Made by a program: the position numbers and the translations under genes. Under the pieces are notes generated by a model. It searched no databases, was not told the origin of the DNA, and saw only the letters and a program-made list of their open reading frames with translations. 64,000 nt of DNA, from assembly GCA_021739625.1 (NCBI GenBank), contig JAIPBJ010000004.1, forward strand, positions 1,335-65,334, written 5' to 3'. Positions 19,191-29,081 of this stretch are shown here, piece by piece. The first letter of the stretch is position 1. The number at the start of each line of letters is the position of its first letter. This stretch comes from Flavobacteriales bacterium (GTDB lineage: Bacteria > Bacteroidota > Bacteroidia > UBA10329).

Positions 19191-20576
19191 TCAGGGTTCG
19201 TTGAGTGCCTGTACGGTCTTTTGCAATCCTTCGAATGACGAGGCACGGCCAAGGAGCCTCCTTTCTGCATCGAGCAGAAAGAGGGCCGGTGTGCCCAGAA
19301 TGCCCAGCTGCTGCACCACCGGGCTTTCCCAGCCCATGAGGTCATTCACGTTCATCCAATTGAGTCCGCCATCGCGCACGGTGCGTATCCACGCTTCGCG
19401 GTCGGTATCGAGCGAGATGGCATAGACGTTCATCTTGCGCGGACCGAGGTGGTCATACAGCGCCTTGAGTCTTGGCATTTCTCTCATGCAGTGCGCGCAT
19501 CCGCTGCTCCACACCACTACCACGTTGATATCTGCCTGGAGCATGCTCAGCGGCACTTGCATCCCATCACCGTCAGGCAGTGACAGTTCGGGCATCGGTT
19601 CGCCTTTGGCAATGGGCACTGCGGCTTTGATCTTGGCCTTCACTTCTTCGGAGAGTGGCAGGTCGCAGTTGCCCAGATAGCGTTCCTGCATGTAGGCCAC
19701 GAACTCGCTCACCCCTTTCTCGGTGAAGAAGTCCACCAGCAGTTCGACAAGGAATGCCTCCACCTGCGGGTGCATCCCCTCGTGGTCCATCACGCGGTCG
19801 ATGGCATACTGGATGCCGTCCTCAGACCGTTCGGTGAAGTTGTAGAGATATTCGAGCACCTTGGTGCTCAGGTACGGATTGGTGATGATGCGCCCGTCAT
19901 TCCATGGCACGAAGTGGAAGAAATGGACGTGATTGAAGGCGGGGTCGTTGTCGAACGTGGCCTCCCATTCGGGCCGCATGCTGCTCAGTGGAACCTTGTC
20001 CAACGGCACGAGCACCTGCGCTGCATAGCTGGTGGGGAAAAGGTCGGGGATGAGGTCGAGCGAACGGTTGTAGGCGCTGGCCACGCGATGGTAGGAGGCA
20101 GACAGCGAATCGGAGATGGCATCATGGCGCGGATGAAAGTCGGAGAGCGAATTCATGGCACGGGAGAGCGAGTCCATGCTGCGCGAATAGCTCAGAGATA
20201 TGTTCATCAGAATGCGGAAGGCATCGTTCTCCTTGGAATTCACAGTGCGGAACGCCATGCCCGAACCGCTCTCATACAGCACGGCCTCCACCATCTCTCC
20301 GCCAGCGATCACAAAGCGGTGTGCTTCCAGACTGCCCACCTCCAGCACAAAAACGCCATCAGGATGGTCGCGGTCGAGGTTGAACCGCACCTGCGGCCTG
20401 TCAACATATCGGATGCTGTCCAGCGGCACGGTCACTTCGCCATCGAACCGCGAAAGCCGCAGCAGGCTGCCTTCGGGACGGGTGTCCATCTTCAGGTTCA
20501 GACCGCCCTGCGCGGAGACGGAGAATGGAAGATGGAGAATGCTGATCAGTAAGAGTAGAAGGGGGACGGTTCTCAT
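19191..20576 (-). CDS. TlpA-like thiol:disulfide oxidoreductase (thioredoxin fold, DUF4369-like N-terminal domain)
   Basis: The true start is MRTVPLLLLL (signal peptide). C-terminal thioredoxin domain with WSSGCAHC. The track ORF extends another 282 codons through the tandem repeats; that extension is spurious. Confidence 0.75.
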   Translation of the reverse strand: MRTVPLLLLLISILHLPFSVSAQGGLNLKMDTRPEGSLLRLSRFDGEVTVPLDSIRYVDRPQVRFNLDRDHPDGVFVLEVGSLEAHRFVIAGGEMVEAVLYESGSGMAFRTVNSKENDAFRILMNISLSYSRSMDSLSRAMNSLSDFHPRHDAISDSLSASYHRVASAYNRSLDLIPDLFPTSYAAQVLVPLDKVPLSSMRPEWEATFDNDPAFNHVHFFHFVPWNDGRIITNPYLSTKVLEYLYNFTERSEDGIQYAIDRVMDHEGMHPQVEAFLVELLVDFFTEKGVSEFVAYMQERYLGNCDLPLSEEVKAKIKAAVPIAKGEPMPELSLPDGDGMQVPLSMLQADINVVVVWSSGCAHCMREMPRLKALYDHLGPRKMNVYAISLDTDREAWIRTVRDGGLNWMNVNDLMGWESPVVQQLGILGTPALFLLDAERRLLGRASSFEGLQKTVQALNEP

Positions 20577-20785
20577 GCTTGAAGGCCATTGGGCCGCATC
20601 GGTTCTGCTATCACCTCGAAGGCGGCTACAATGGTAACAAACCTGAACGAATGATGTGCCCGCCTCCGATGGATTGTCGGGCGGGGCATGTCGCCATTCG
20701 ACAGTGCATCGCGGGGCGGGCACATAAATGGTGCAGCGCTGTGGGCATTTGCTTTCAAGAGGTAGGGCATCGGTGAGACTACTTT

Positions 20786-20813
20786 GCCATGTCGGACGTC
20801 TCTCCGACATGGC
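20786..20813. repeat. Inverted repeat (10-bp stem GCCATGTCGG / CCGACATGGC, 8-nt loop) abutting the 42-bp arrays
   Basis: Read directly from the sequence. Confidence 0.8.
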
Positions 20814-20819
20814 AAATGA

Positions 20820-21155
20820 GTTGCTCCGTTGCAATGGGAGTTCTCCCATCGGGGCAAAGCAGTTGCTCCGTTGCAATGGGAGTTCTCCCATCGGGGCAAA
20901 GCAGTTGCTCCGTTGCATTGGGAGTTCTCCTATCAGGGCAAAGCAGTTGCTCCGTTGCATCGGGAGTTCTCCCATCGGGGCAAAGCAGTTGCTCCGTTGC
21001 ATTGGGAGTTCTCCCATCGGGGCAGAGCAGTTGCTCCGTTGCATTCGGAGTTCTCCCATCAGGGCAAAGCAGTTGCTCCGTTGCATCGGGAGTTCTCCCA
21101 TCGGGGCAAAGCAGTTGCTCCGTTGCATTGGGAGTTCTCCCATAGGGGCAAAGCA
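20820..21155. repeat. Tandem repeat family A: 8 x 42 bp (GTTGCTCCGTTGCAATGGGAGTTCTCCCATCGGGGCAAAGCA) with internal dyad ATGGGAG-TT-CTCCCAT
   Basis: Copies start at 20820 and then every 42 bp, with few substitutions. Confidence 0.9.
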
Positions 21156-21165
21156 ATTGGTTCCA

Positions 21166-21459
21166 TGCAATCCCTTACAAGGGAACAGGTGAAAACGGTC
21201 GGTTCGATGCAATCCCTTACAAGGGAACAGGTGGAAACGGTCGGTTCGATGCAATCCCTTACAAGGGAACAGGTGGAAACGGTCGGTTCGATGCAATCCC
21301 TTACAAGGGAACAGATGGAAACGGTCGGTTCGATGTAATCCCTTACAAGGGAACAGATGGAAACGGTCGGTTCGATGCGATCCCTTGTAAGGGAACAGAT
21401 GGAAACGGTCGGTTCGATGCAATCCCTTACAAGGGAACAGATGGAAACAGTTGTATCAA
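21166..21459. repeat. Tandem repeat family B: 7 x 42 bp (TGCAATCCCTTACAAGGGAACAGGTGGAAACGGTCGGTTCGA) with internal dyad CCCTT-AC-AAGGG. Degenerate A-like copies follow up to about 21540.
   Basis: Copies start at 21166 and then every 42 bp. Confidence 0.9.
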
Positions 21460-21647
21460 TGCATCTGGAGTTCCCCCATTGGGGCAAGGCAGTTGCCCGG
21501 CCGTGTCGGACGCATCCCCATCGGGGCAAAGCACCTGCTCTGTGATGTATGACGCGCCTGCACAGCCACCAGGCAATCTATTGGCCTGAAATGGTGAAAG
21601 GGAGAAGCGGCAGTGCCTCCGGACCGTTCAAGGAGCTGTTCACCGGA

Positions 21648-24074
21648 TCAGGACAATGCCCCTCCCCTCAGCCCGAAGAACATCCCCCCGCCCACGAACA
21701 GCACGAGCAGGATGGAACCCGCCAGCGAATACTTCTCGCCCGTGGCATAGACCTGCGGCTCGAACCTGAACTCCACTGTGTGATCGCCTGCGGGCAGCGT
21801 CATGGCGCGCAGCACATAGTTGGCGCGGAAATGCGGCTTCGGTTCCCCGTCCAAGTAGGCATTCCAGCCATTGGCGAAGTATATCTCTGAGAACACCGCG
21901 AGGCGCGGCTCTGCGGCCGTGTAGGCATACTTGAGGTGGTTGGGGCCATACTCCTCGAAAGTGATGGCGGCCGCACTGTCGGGGCGCAGGGCAAGGTCGG
22001 CCACCTCATCGGCAAAGCGCTGGTCGATGATGGCGGTGTTCAATGCGCTGAATCCGGGACGGTTGAGGGCCGCCAGCTCGGCATCGGCATCAGGCACGAG
22101 GCTCACCTCATTGACGAACCACGCATTGCCATGCGCCATCGGGTTCTGCTGCACCTGCGGCCCCTGCTCGCTGCGCATGATGAAATACTTGGTGTTGAGC
22201 ATGTTCAGCACCTCCATGTTGTTGCGGCTTATGCACGAGTCTATCAGCTCCTGATAGCGCTTGAGCTTGGCCCCATGATAGCCCCCGATGCTCTTGTGAT
22301 GATAGGAGGTGGAGGCATCGTTGAAGGTGCTCACAGTGGTGTTCAGCACGCGGAAGTTGGGGTCGGGGTCGGAGAGGATGCGCTGGTCGGCCTGCGATGG
22401 GGCGAAGACGGCCTTGTTCTGACGGGCACTGACGAAATCATCACTCTTCAGATAGCGCTTGTCCACCTGCCAGAGGTCGCCCAACACCAGTGCAGCGATC
22501 ACCAGACCGGTCACCTGCGCCTTCAGTTTCCCTTTCAGTGTGAGGAAGATGAGCCCTGCGGCCAAGGCCACCAGACCGAGCGAGCGGATGGCATCCGACC
22601 GGAAAAGTGACTGGCGGTCCTCCACCAGCGCATCGACCAGCCAATCGGGGTATCCGCCCTGCACCAGTTGCGGGTCGCTGGAAGAAGTGAAATCGAAGAA
22701 AAGACTTGGGATAAGCGCGAACAGCAGGCACAGCCCACCGACCACCCCTGTGGCGATATACAGTCTCCCCGTCTTCCACTTCCTGTCCTCCGTTCCATCC
22801 AGAATGGATTTCAATCCGAACACCGCGAGAATGGGCAGAACCACCTGTGCGATCACGAGCGTCATGCTCACCGCGCGGAACTTGTTGTAGCCCGGCACAT
22901 GGTCGAAGAAGAAATCGGTGGCGAGGGCAAAATTGTGCCCCCACGAGAGCACGATGCTCAGGATGAAGGCCGCCAGCAGCCACCATCTGTCCATCCCTTT
23001 GAAGGCCAACAGTCCCAGCACCGCCAATAGGCAGATGATGGCACCGAGATAGACCGGGCCACTCGTGAAGGGCTGTGTGCCGTGATAGAGCGGCATGTTG
23101 CCGATGATGGACCTGGCCTGCGCCTTGGGGATCCGGTTGTCGGTCAGCGCCTCATAAACGTTCGATTTCTCGCTGAGGCTGCCGGACGAGCTTCCGCCCA
23201 TGAAATCGGGGATGAGGATGGTGAAGGTCTCGGCCACACCATAGCTCCAGCGGGTGGCGTATTCCTGATCGAGGCCGTTGCTTTCCTGCATGGTGCTCAA
23301 TTCAGATTTTCCACGGATGGTCTCAGCACCATAATCTGCAGTGGTCCACAGCGCAGAGATGTTCGGCCCGATGGCCACCATTGCCCCGATCACCAACATG
23401 CCTGTGGCCTTCGCAAAATGTGGCAACTTCCCCTCTTTGGCGGCCTCGATCAGCTTCACCAGACCGAGCAGCAGCACGATCATCAGCAGATAGTAGGTGA
23501 TCTGGAGGTGATTCGTAGCGATCTGAAGCGAGAGGAACAGCGCAGTAAGGGCCGCACCCAGCAGATACTTTCCTCTGTAGGCCAACAGGATACTGCCCAG
23601 CACAGGTGCCACAAATGCGAACGCATGCACCTGAGAATTATGACCCGCCTCGATCATAATGACCGAAAAGGAAGCGAAGGCCACCCCGAACGCGCCCACC
23701 AGTGCATACCGCCAACCCACTCCCAGCACTACGAACAGGAAGTAGGCGCCCGCCATCAGCAGAAAGAGGTAGTTGGCCGGGCGCGGCAGGCCGAAATTGA
23801 ACACCTCCAGCAGCTTCTTGCTCCAGTTGTTCGGATACAGCACCGAGATCTGATAGGCCGGCATACCGCTGAACATGCTGCCGGTCCACAGGGGTTCTTC
23901 ACCGGTCTTCTCGCGGAAATCAACAATCTCCTGACTCATCCCCTTGAACTGGATGATGTCGCTCTGCATCAGCACCTTGCCTTCGAGCAGCGGCTGCATA
24001 TAGATGAGCGAAAGACCGATGAAGGCCAGCAGCACTGCGAAATGGGGGAGGTAGGATTTCAGACGGTCAGTCAT
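21648..24074 (-). CDS. YfhO-like large polytopic membrane protein (putative glycosyltransferase)
   Basis: 808 aa with many TM helices. The N-terminal block QPLLEGKVLMQSDIIQFKGMSQE resembles the Bacteroidota YfhO family. Confidence 0.55.
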   Translation of the reverse strand: MTDRLKSYLPHFAVLLAFIGLSLIYMQPLLEGKVLMQSDIIQFKGMSQEIVDFREKTGEEPLWTGSMFSGMPAYQISVLYPNNWSKKLLEVFNFGLPRPANYLFLLMAGAYFLFVVLGVGWRYALVGAFGVAFASFSVIMIEAGHNSQVHAFAFVAPVLGSILLAYRGKYLLGAALTALFLSLQIATNHLQITYYLLMIVLLLGLVKLIEAAKEGKLPHFAKATGMLVIGAMVAIGPNISALWTTADYGAETIRGKSELSTMQESNGLDQEYATRWSYGVAETFTILIPDFMGGSSSGSLSEKSNVYEALTDNRIPKAQARSIIGNMPLYHGTQPFTSGPVYLGAIICLLAVLGLLAFKGMDRWWLLAAFILSIVLSWGHNFALATDFFFDHVPGYNKFRAVSMTLVIAQVVLPILAVFGLKSILDGTEDRKWKTGRLYIATGVVGGLCLLFALIPSLFFDFTSSSDPQLVQGGYPDWLVDALVEDRQSLFRSDAIRSLGLVALAAGLIFLTLKGKLKAQVTGLVIAALVLGDLWQVDKRYLKSDDFVSARQNKAVFAPSQADQRILSDPDPNFRVLNTTVSTFNDASTSYHHKSIGGYHGAKLKRYQELIDSCISRNNMEVLNMLNTKYFIMRSEQGPQVQQNPMAHGNAWFVNEVSLVPDADAELAALNRPGFSALNTAIIDQRFADEVADLALRPDSAAAITFEEYGPNHLKYAYTAAEPRLAVFSEIYFANGWNAYLDGEPKPHFRANYVLRAMTLPAGDHTVEFRFEPQVYATGEKYSLAGSILLVLFVGGGMFFGLRGGALS

Positions 24075-24133
24075 GGGTGATGGGGTTAACGGTTGCGAGT
24101 GTTGCGTTGCTGATATGCTGATAACCTGATGCG

Positions 24134-24406
24134 CTATTTCACCTCCTCAAACTCCACATACTCACCATCGTCCTCGGCCACTTTGGGGGTCTTCTCGGCC
24201 CCTTTCTGAATGACGACCTCACCTTCTTGATACGTCTTGCCGCGGTTCTGCTGCTGCTCGTATGCTTGCTTCATGCGCTCGTTCATGGTCTCTTGGGCCT
24301 TCTCAGTCGCCTTGCGCAGAACGACAGGGAAGAACAGGCGGAACATCAGCTTCCACGCATAGTAGAGCACGATGAGGAAAAGTATGAGTTTGAGGAGTGC
24401 TGACAT
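24134..24406 (-). CDS. DUF4834-like small membrane protein
   Basis: N-terminal TM helix with an acidic C-terminal tail. Confidence 0.45.
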   Translation of the reverse strand: MSALLKLILFLIVLYYAWKLMFRLFFPVVLRKATEKAQETMNERMKQAYEQQQNRGKTYQEGEVVIQKGAEKTPKVAEDDGEYVEFEEVK

Positions 24407-24412
24407 GGTCGA

Positions 24413-27229
24413 TTATCGGCTCAGGTAAAGATTTCTTTCCGAGTACACCTCTTGGAAGAACTCGTCCTGCAGGTCGTCTATGAAGCGGATGGCCTCGCCT
24501 GTGGACTTCATCTCGGGGCCGAGTTCCTTGCTCACTTCGGGGAATTTCTCATAGCTGAACACAGGGATCTTGATGGCGTAGCCCTTCTTCGTTGGGTTGA
24601 AGTTGAAGTCCTTCACCTTCTTCTCGCGCATCATCACCTTGGCGGCATAGTTGACATACGGCTCATCGTATGCCTTGGCGATGAACGGCACGGTGCGCGA
24701 TGCCCGTGGGTTGGCCTCTATGATATAGACCACCTCGTCCTTCACAGCGAACTGGATGTTGATGAGGCCCACGGTCTTGAGCGCCACCGCGATAGTGCGG
24801 GTGTGCTGCTCTATCTGGCGCATGACGTTGTCGCTGAGGTCGAAGGGCGGGAGCACCGCATAGGAATCGCCCGAGTGGATGCCCGCAGGCTCGATGTGCT
24901 CCATGATGCCGATGATGTAAACGTCCTCCCCATCGCAGATGGCATCGGCCTCGGCCTCTATGGCGTTCTCCAGAAAATGGTCGAGCAGGATGCGGTTGTC
25001 CGGCAGGTCCTTCAGCAGGTTCACCACGTGCTCCTCCAACTCGCGCTCGTTGATCACGATCTTCATGCTCTGCCCGCCCAGCACGTAGCTCGGCCTCACC
25101 AGCAGCGGGAATCCGAGCTCCTTGCTCAGTGCCACCGCCTTGTCGGCATCTTCGGCCACCCCGAATTGCGGATAGGGGATGCCATATTCCGCCAACAGCG
25201 TGGAGAAACGGCCGCGGTCCTCGGCAAGGTCGAGGCTTTGGAAATCTGTGCCGATGATCTTGATGCCGTAGCGCTCCAGTTTCTCGGCCAGTTTGAGCGC
25301 GGTCTGCCCGCCCAGCTGCACGATCACGCCCTCGGGCTTCTCGTGCAGGATGATGTCATAGATGTGCTCCCAGAAAACAGGCTCGAAGTAGAGCTTGTCG
25401 GCAGTGTCGAAGTCGGTGCTGACCGTCTCGGGGTTGCAGTTGATCATAATGGTCTCGTAGCCGCATTCCTTGGCAGCCAACACGCCATGCACGCACGAGT
25501 AGTCGAACTCGATGCCCTGCCCGATGCGGTTCGGGCCGCTGCCCAGCACCACGATCTTCTTCCTATCAGAACGCACGCTCTCGTTCTCGTCCTCGAAGGT
25601 GGAGTAATAATAAGGTGTCTGCGCGGGGAACTCGGCCGCGCAGGTGTCCACCAGTTTATACACCCGCTGGATGCCCATCTCCTGCCTGCGGTTGAACACA
25701 TGGCTCTCCAGACACTTGAGCAGATGCGCGATCTGGCGGTCGGCATAGCCCTTCTGCTTGGCCTCATACAGAAGTTCGCGGGGCAGCGTCTCCAGTTTGA
25801 ACTTGGAGATCTCGTCCTCCAGCGCGATCAGTTCCTGAATCTGCTCCAAGAACCATTTGTCGATACGTGTGATGCTCTGTATCGTCTTGAGTGGGATGCC
25901 CATCTTGAAGGCGTCATAGATGTGGAAGATGCGGTTCCAGCTCGCATTGCCGAGGCTGTGTAGGATCTGCTGCTGATCGCGCAGTTCCTTGCCATCGGCA
26001 CCGAGGCCGTTGCGTTTTATCTCCAATGACTGACACGCCTTCTGCAACGCCTCCTGAAACGTGCGCCCGATGCCCATCACCTCGCCCACGCTCTTCATCT
26101 GCAGGCCCAGTCTGCGGTCCGCCCCCTTGAACTTGTCGAAGTTCCAGCGGGGGATCTTCACGATGACGTAGTCCAAGGTCGGCTCGAAGAAGGCCGAGGT
26201 GGTCTTGGTGATCTGATTCTCAAGTTCGTCCAGATGGTAGCCGATGGCCAGCTTCGATGCGATCTTGGCGATGGGATATCCCGTGGCCTTCGATGCCAGT
26301 GCGGACGAACGGCTCACGCGCGGGTTGATCTCGATGGCGATGATGTCCTCCTTCTCATCGTCACTCACCGCGAACTGTACGTTGCAGCCGCCCGCGAAAT
26401 TGCCGATGGAGCGCATCATCTTGATGGCCATGTCGCGCATGCGCTGGTAGGTCTTGTCGCTCAGCGTCATGGCCGGGGCCACGGTGATGCTGTCGCCCGT
26501 GTGGATGCCCATCGGGTCGAAATTCTCGATGCTACAGATGATGACCACGTTGTCGTTGGCATCGCGCAGCAGTTCCAGCTCAAACTCCTTCCAGCCCAGC
26601 ACAGCCTTGTCTATCATCACCTCGTGGATGGGCGAGAGCTGCAGGCCACGGTTCAGCAGCTTGTCGAACTCGGCAGGGTCGTGAACGATGCTTGCGCCCG
26701 CTCCTCCCAGCGTGTACGATGCGCGGATGCACAGAGGGAATCCGAACTCCTGCGCCACCTCCTTGCCTTCGAGGAACGACTTGGCGGTGGTCTGCGGGGC
26801 CATCGGCACACCGATCTCGCCCATCAGCTTGCGGAACTTCTCGCGATCCTCGGTGATCTCGATGGCCTCCACATCGACCCCGATCATCCGCACGCCATAT
26901 TTGGCCCAGATGCCCATCTCCTTGCATTTGATGGCGAGGTTGAGGGCCGTCTGTCCGCCCATGGTGGGCAGCACACAGTCTATCCTGTGTTTCTCAAGTA
27001 TCTTGACGATGCTTTTCGGCTCCAGCGGCAGCAGATAGATATTGTCGGCCGTCACCTTGTCGGTCATGATGGTGGCGGGGTTCGGGTTGATGATGGTCAC
27101 CTCGATGCCCTCTTCGCGCAGCGAGCGCGAGGCCTGCGAACCCGAGTAGTCGAACTCGCAGGCCTGACCGATGACGATGGGGCCGCTGCCGATGATGAGC
27201 ACGGATTTGATGGAGAGGTCTTTGGGCAT
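24413..27229 (-). CDS. carB: Carbamoyl-phosphate synthase large subunit
   Basis: 938 aa with duplicated ATP-grasp halves and the MGS-like C-terminus. Confidence 0.95.
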   Translation of the reverse strand: MPKDLSIKSVLIIGSGPIVIGQACEFDYSGSQASRSLREEGIEVTIINPNPATIMTDKVTADNIYLLPLEPKSIVKILEKHRIDCVLPTMGGQTALNLAIKCKEMGIWAKYGVRMIGVDVEAIEITEDREKFRKLMGEIGVPMAPQTTAKSFLEGKEVAQEFGFPLCIRASYTLGGAGASIVHDPAEFDKLLNRGLQLSPIHEVMIDKAVLGWKEFELELLRDANDNVVIICSIENFDPMGIHTGDSITVAPAMTLSDKTYQRMRDMAIKMMRSIGNFAGGCNVQFAVSDDEKEDIIAIEINPRVSRSSALASKATGYPIAKIASKLAIGYHLDELENQITKTTSAFFEPTLDYVIVKIPRWNFDKFKGADRRLGLQMKSVGEVMGIGRTFQEALQKACQSLEIKRNGLGADGKELRDQQQILHSLGNASWNRIFHIYDAFKMGIPLKTIQSITRIDKWFLEQIQELIALEDEISKFKLETLPRELLYEAKQKGYADRQIAHLLKCLESHVFNRRQEMGIQRVYKLVDTCAAEFPAQTPYYYSTFEDENESVRSDRKKIVVLGSGPNRIGQGIEFDYSCVHGVLAAKECGYETIMINCNPETVSTDFDTADKLYFEPVFWEHIYDIILHEKPEGVIVQLGGQTALKLAEKLERYGIKIIGTDFQSLDLAEDRGRFSTLLAEYGIPYPQFGVAEDADKAVALSKELGFPLLVRPSYVLGGQSMKIVINERELEEHVVNLLKDLPDNRILLDHFLENAIEAEADAICDGEDVYIIGIMEHIEPAGIHSGDSYAVLPPFDLSDNVMRQIEQHTRTIAVALKTVGLINIQFAVKDEVVYIIEANPRASRTVPFIAKAYDEPYVNYAAKVMMREKKVKDFNFNPTKKGYAIKIPVFSYEKFPEVSKELGPEMKSTGEAIRFIDDLQDEFFQEVYSERNLYLSR

Positions 27230-27276
27230 TCAGTTGGATGGGTTTTACCGAGTGAAAATTCCTGAAGGTCGCGACT

Positions 27277-28164
27277 TTGCAAACTTTGCGAAGGTACTTA
27301 CTGGCCGTTCCTACCTTTGGCCGAAATCGTGCTTTTTTGAACACCCCGTCCACACCATCGCAACGCAGGTTCATTAAAGTGGGGGGCACCCGCTGGGCCT
27401 ACACCGAAAGCGGTGAGGGAGAAGACCTTTGGGTCACTTTCCATGGATATGGGCAGAGCGCAGATGTCATGGAGCGCTTCATGCAGCATTTCCGGCCCGG
27501 GTCGCGAGGCGTGCATTTCGACCTGCTGCACCACGGGGAAACGACCACGGAACAGGAGTCGATAACCCCGTCAGATCTGGCCGACCTGCTGGCCAAAGTG
27601 CTGCGCGAAAAGGGCGTGGACCGCTGCTCGATGCTGGCTTTCAGTCTGGGCGGAAAGGTGGCGTTGAAACTGGTAGAGCTGATGCCCGGCAAAGTGGAGC
27701 GCATGGTCCTTATTGCCCCTGACGGGCTGAAAGTGAATCCACTCTATCGTTTCACGGCCAACACACGGTTCGGTGGCTGGCTCTATGCCCGGGTCATCAA
27801 TGATCCGAAAAACCTGTTCACCGCCACAAATGTGCTGCGGAGGTCGAGCATCCTGCACCCGAAGATTGAGCAGTTCATTCACCGCCAACTGGACACACGC
27901 GAGAAGCGTGAACGGGTCTTCAACGTCTGGCGCGCTTTCCGCAACATCATCCCCGACCTTGGCGACATCAGGAGCAAGATCAAACGTTACAACATCAGCA
28001 CTGTGCTTGTCTTCGGCAGGCACGACCGCATCATCCGCCCGTCATTGGGCCGAAAACTGGACTTTGACGATCACCCGAACATCCGGACCATCATCATGGA
28101 GAAAGGCCATGACCTTTATGGGCCTGATGTGGCCGTTGAACTCCGCAGCCTGATCCGTTCCTGA
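27277..28164 (+). CDS. Alpha/beta-hydrolase fold protein
   Basis: HGYGQSAD, AFSLGG (GxSxG), and D and H later in the sequence. Confidence 0.7.
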   Translation: MQTLRRYLLAVPTFGRNRAFLNTPSTPSQRRFIKVGGTRWAYTESGEGEDLWVTFHGYGQSADVMERFMQHFRPGSRGVHFDLLHHGETTTEQESITPSDLADLLAKVLREKGVDRCSMLAFSLGGKVALKLVELMPGKVERMVLIAPDGLKVNPLYRFTANTRFGGWLYARVINDPKNLFTATNVLRRSSILHPKIEQFIHRQLDTREKRERVFNVWRAFRNIIPDLGDIRSKIKRYNISTVLVFGRHDRIIRPSLGRKLDFDDHPNIRTIIMEKGHDLYGPDVAVELRSLIRS

Positions 28165-28201
28165 GCTGGTCACCCGCCATGACGAACCTGACCTTGAAGC
28201 C

Positions 28202-28750
28202 ATGATCCTGTCGCTCACTGCCGAACAGAAAGTGATGCTGCGCTTCCTTGTCACCATGGGAATCCTTTCGGCATTGTATTTCCTGTGGTTCGCGCCCCGT
28301 GCTTGGACGCTGCCCATCATCGGCCCCAACTACAGCAGGTTCATTCACTACAGCATGCTCTCACTCACCGAAGGAACCGTGTTCCTTCTTGGGCTGATGG
28401 GCCATCAGGCAGAGACATTCGACCTGCGCAACATCGACCTCTACGATTCGGTCATCAACATCCATGTGCGCAACTATTGCCTCGGGGTGGATATGACCGC
28501 CATGTTCATCGCCCTTGTCGTCTCGTTCCCCGGCAAATGGAAACACCGTGCATGGTTCATTCCTGTTGGCGTTGTGGGCATCATTGGCATCAATGTCCTG
28601 CGGGTCGCCATGCTGTGCCTCACCACCATTCACAATGGCCACCACCAGTTCATCGATCACCACAACATTTTCAACACCATCACCACCGCATTCATTTTTC
28701 TGATGTTCGTTGCGTGGGTGCGTATGCACGGGCCCCGGCTGGTCAGATGA
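28202..28750 (+). CDS. Exosortase family protein, XrtF-like
   Basis: 182 aa with about 5 TM helices, a candidate catalytic Cys in VRNYCLG, and conserved N/R in INVLRVAM. The size matches XrtF. Confidence 0.45.
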   Translation: MILSLTAEQKVMLRFLVTMGILSALYFLWFAPRAWTLPIIGPNYSRFIHYSMLSLTEGTVFLLGLMGHQAETFDLRNIDLYDSVINIHVRNYCLGVDMTAMFIALVVSFPGKWKHRAWFIPVGVVGIIGINVLRVAMLCLTTIHNGHHQFIDHHNIFNTITTAFIFLMFVAWVRMHGPRLVR

Positions 28751-29081
28751 CATTCTCCATCATGGCCACGCGCACCAGTTCGGCCGTGTTGGCGCAGCGC
28801 GAGCGGGCAAGCATGTTCTTCCGGTGATTGTTGACGGTGTGAACGCTCAGGTGCAGTTTCCGGGCGATATCTGTGTGCGACTGCCCATGGGCGATCAGGT
28901 GCAGCACTTCCACCTCGCGGTGAGAAAGTATGGTGGCCGATTTGTTCATTTCTCTGAATAGGGGATGGTTGATGTGACACATGCGCAGCAACAGATGCCT
29001 GCGAAGTTCCCTGAGCCGGATGCCGGGGTTGGGGGCATGGCTCAGGGAACGGACGGGGTGCGGGGTCTGCGCCTCCATCAT
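28743..29081 (-). CDS. LuxR-type HTH DNA-binding protein
   Basis: LSHREVEVLHLIAHGQSHTDIARKLHLSVHTVNNHRKNM is a LuxR/FixJ-type HTH. The start is uncertain. Confidence 0.6.
   Translation of the reverse strand: MMEAQTPHPVRSLSHAPNPGIRLRELRRHLLLRMCHINHPLFREMNKSATILSHREVEVLHLIAHGQSHTDIARKLHLSVHTVNNHRKNMLARSRCANTAELVRVAMMENVI

Noticed and set aside
19191-21422. 743-aa ORF with RTDRFHLFPCKGLH and CFAPMGELPMQRSN peptide repeats
   Set aside because: The N-terminal 282 codons are translation of the two 42-bp tandem DNA repeat families. The real protein starts at the signal peptide MRTVPLLLLL (20576). The other long ORFs through 20728..21545 in all frames arise the same way.
20820-21459. Possible CRISPR array
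   Set aside because: The repeats are contiguous with no unique spacers, the units are 42 bp with only point variants, and there are no cas genes.
21936-24080. Several 100-330-aa + strand ORFs
   Set aside because: They are antisense to the YfhO-like membrane protein gene.
24452-27265. 503-aa and 343-aa + strand ORFs
   Set aside because: They are antisense to carB.
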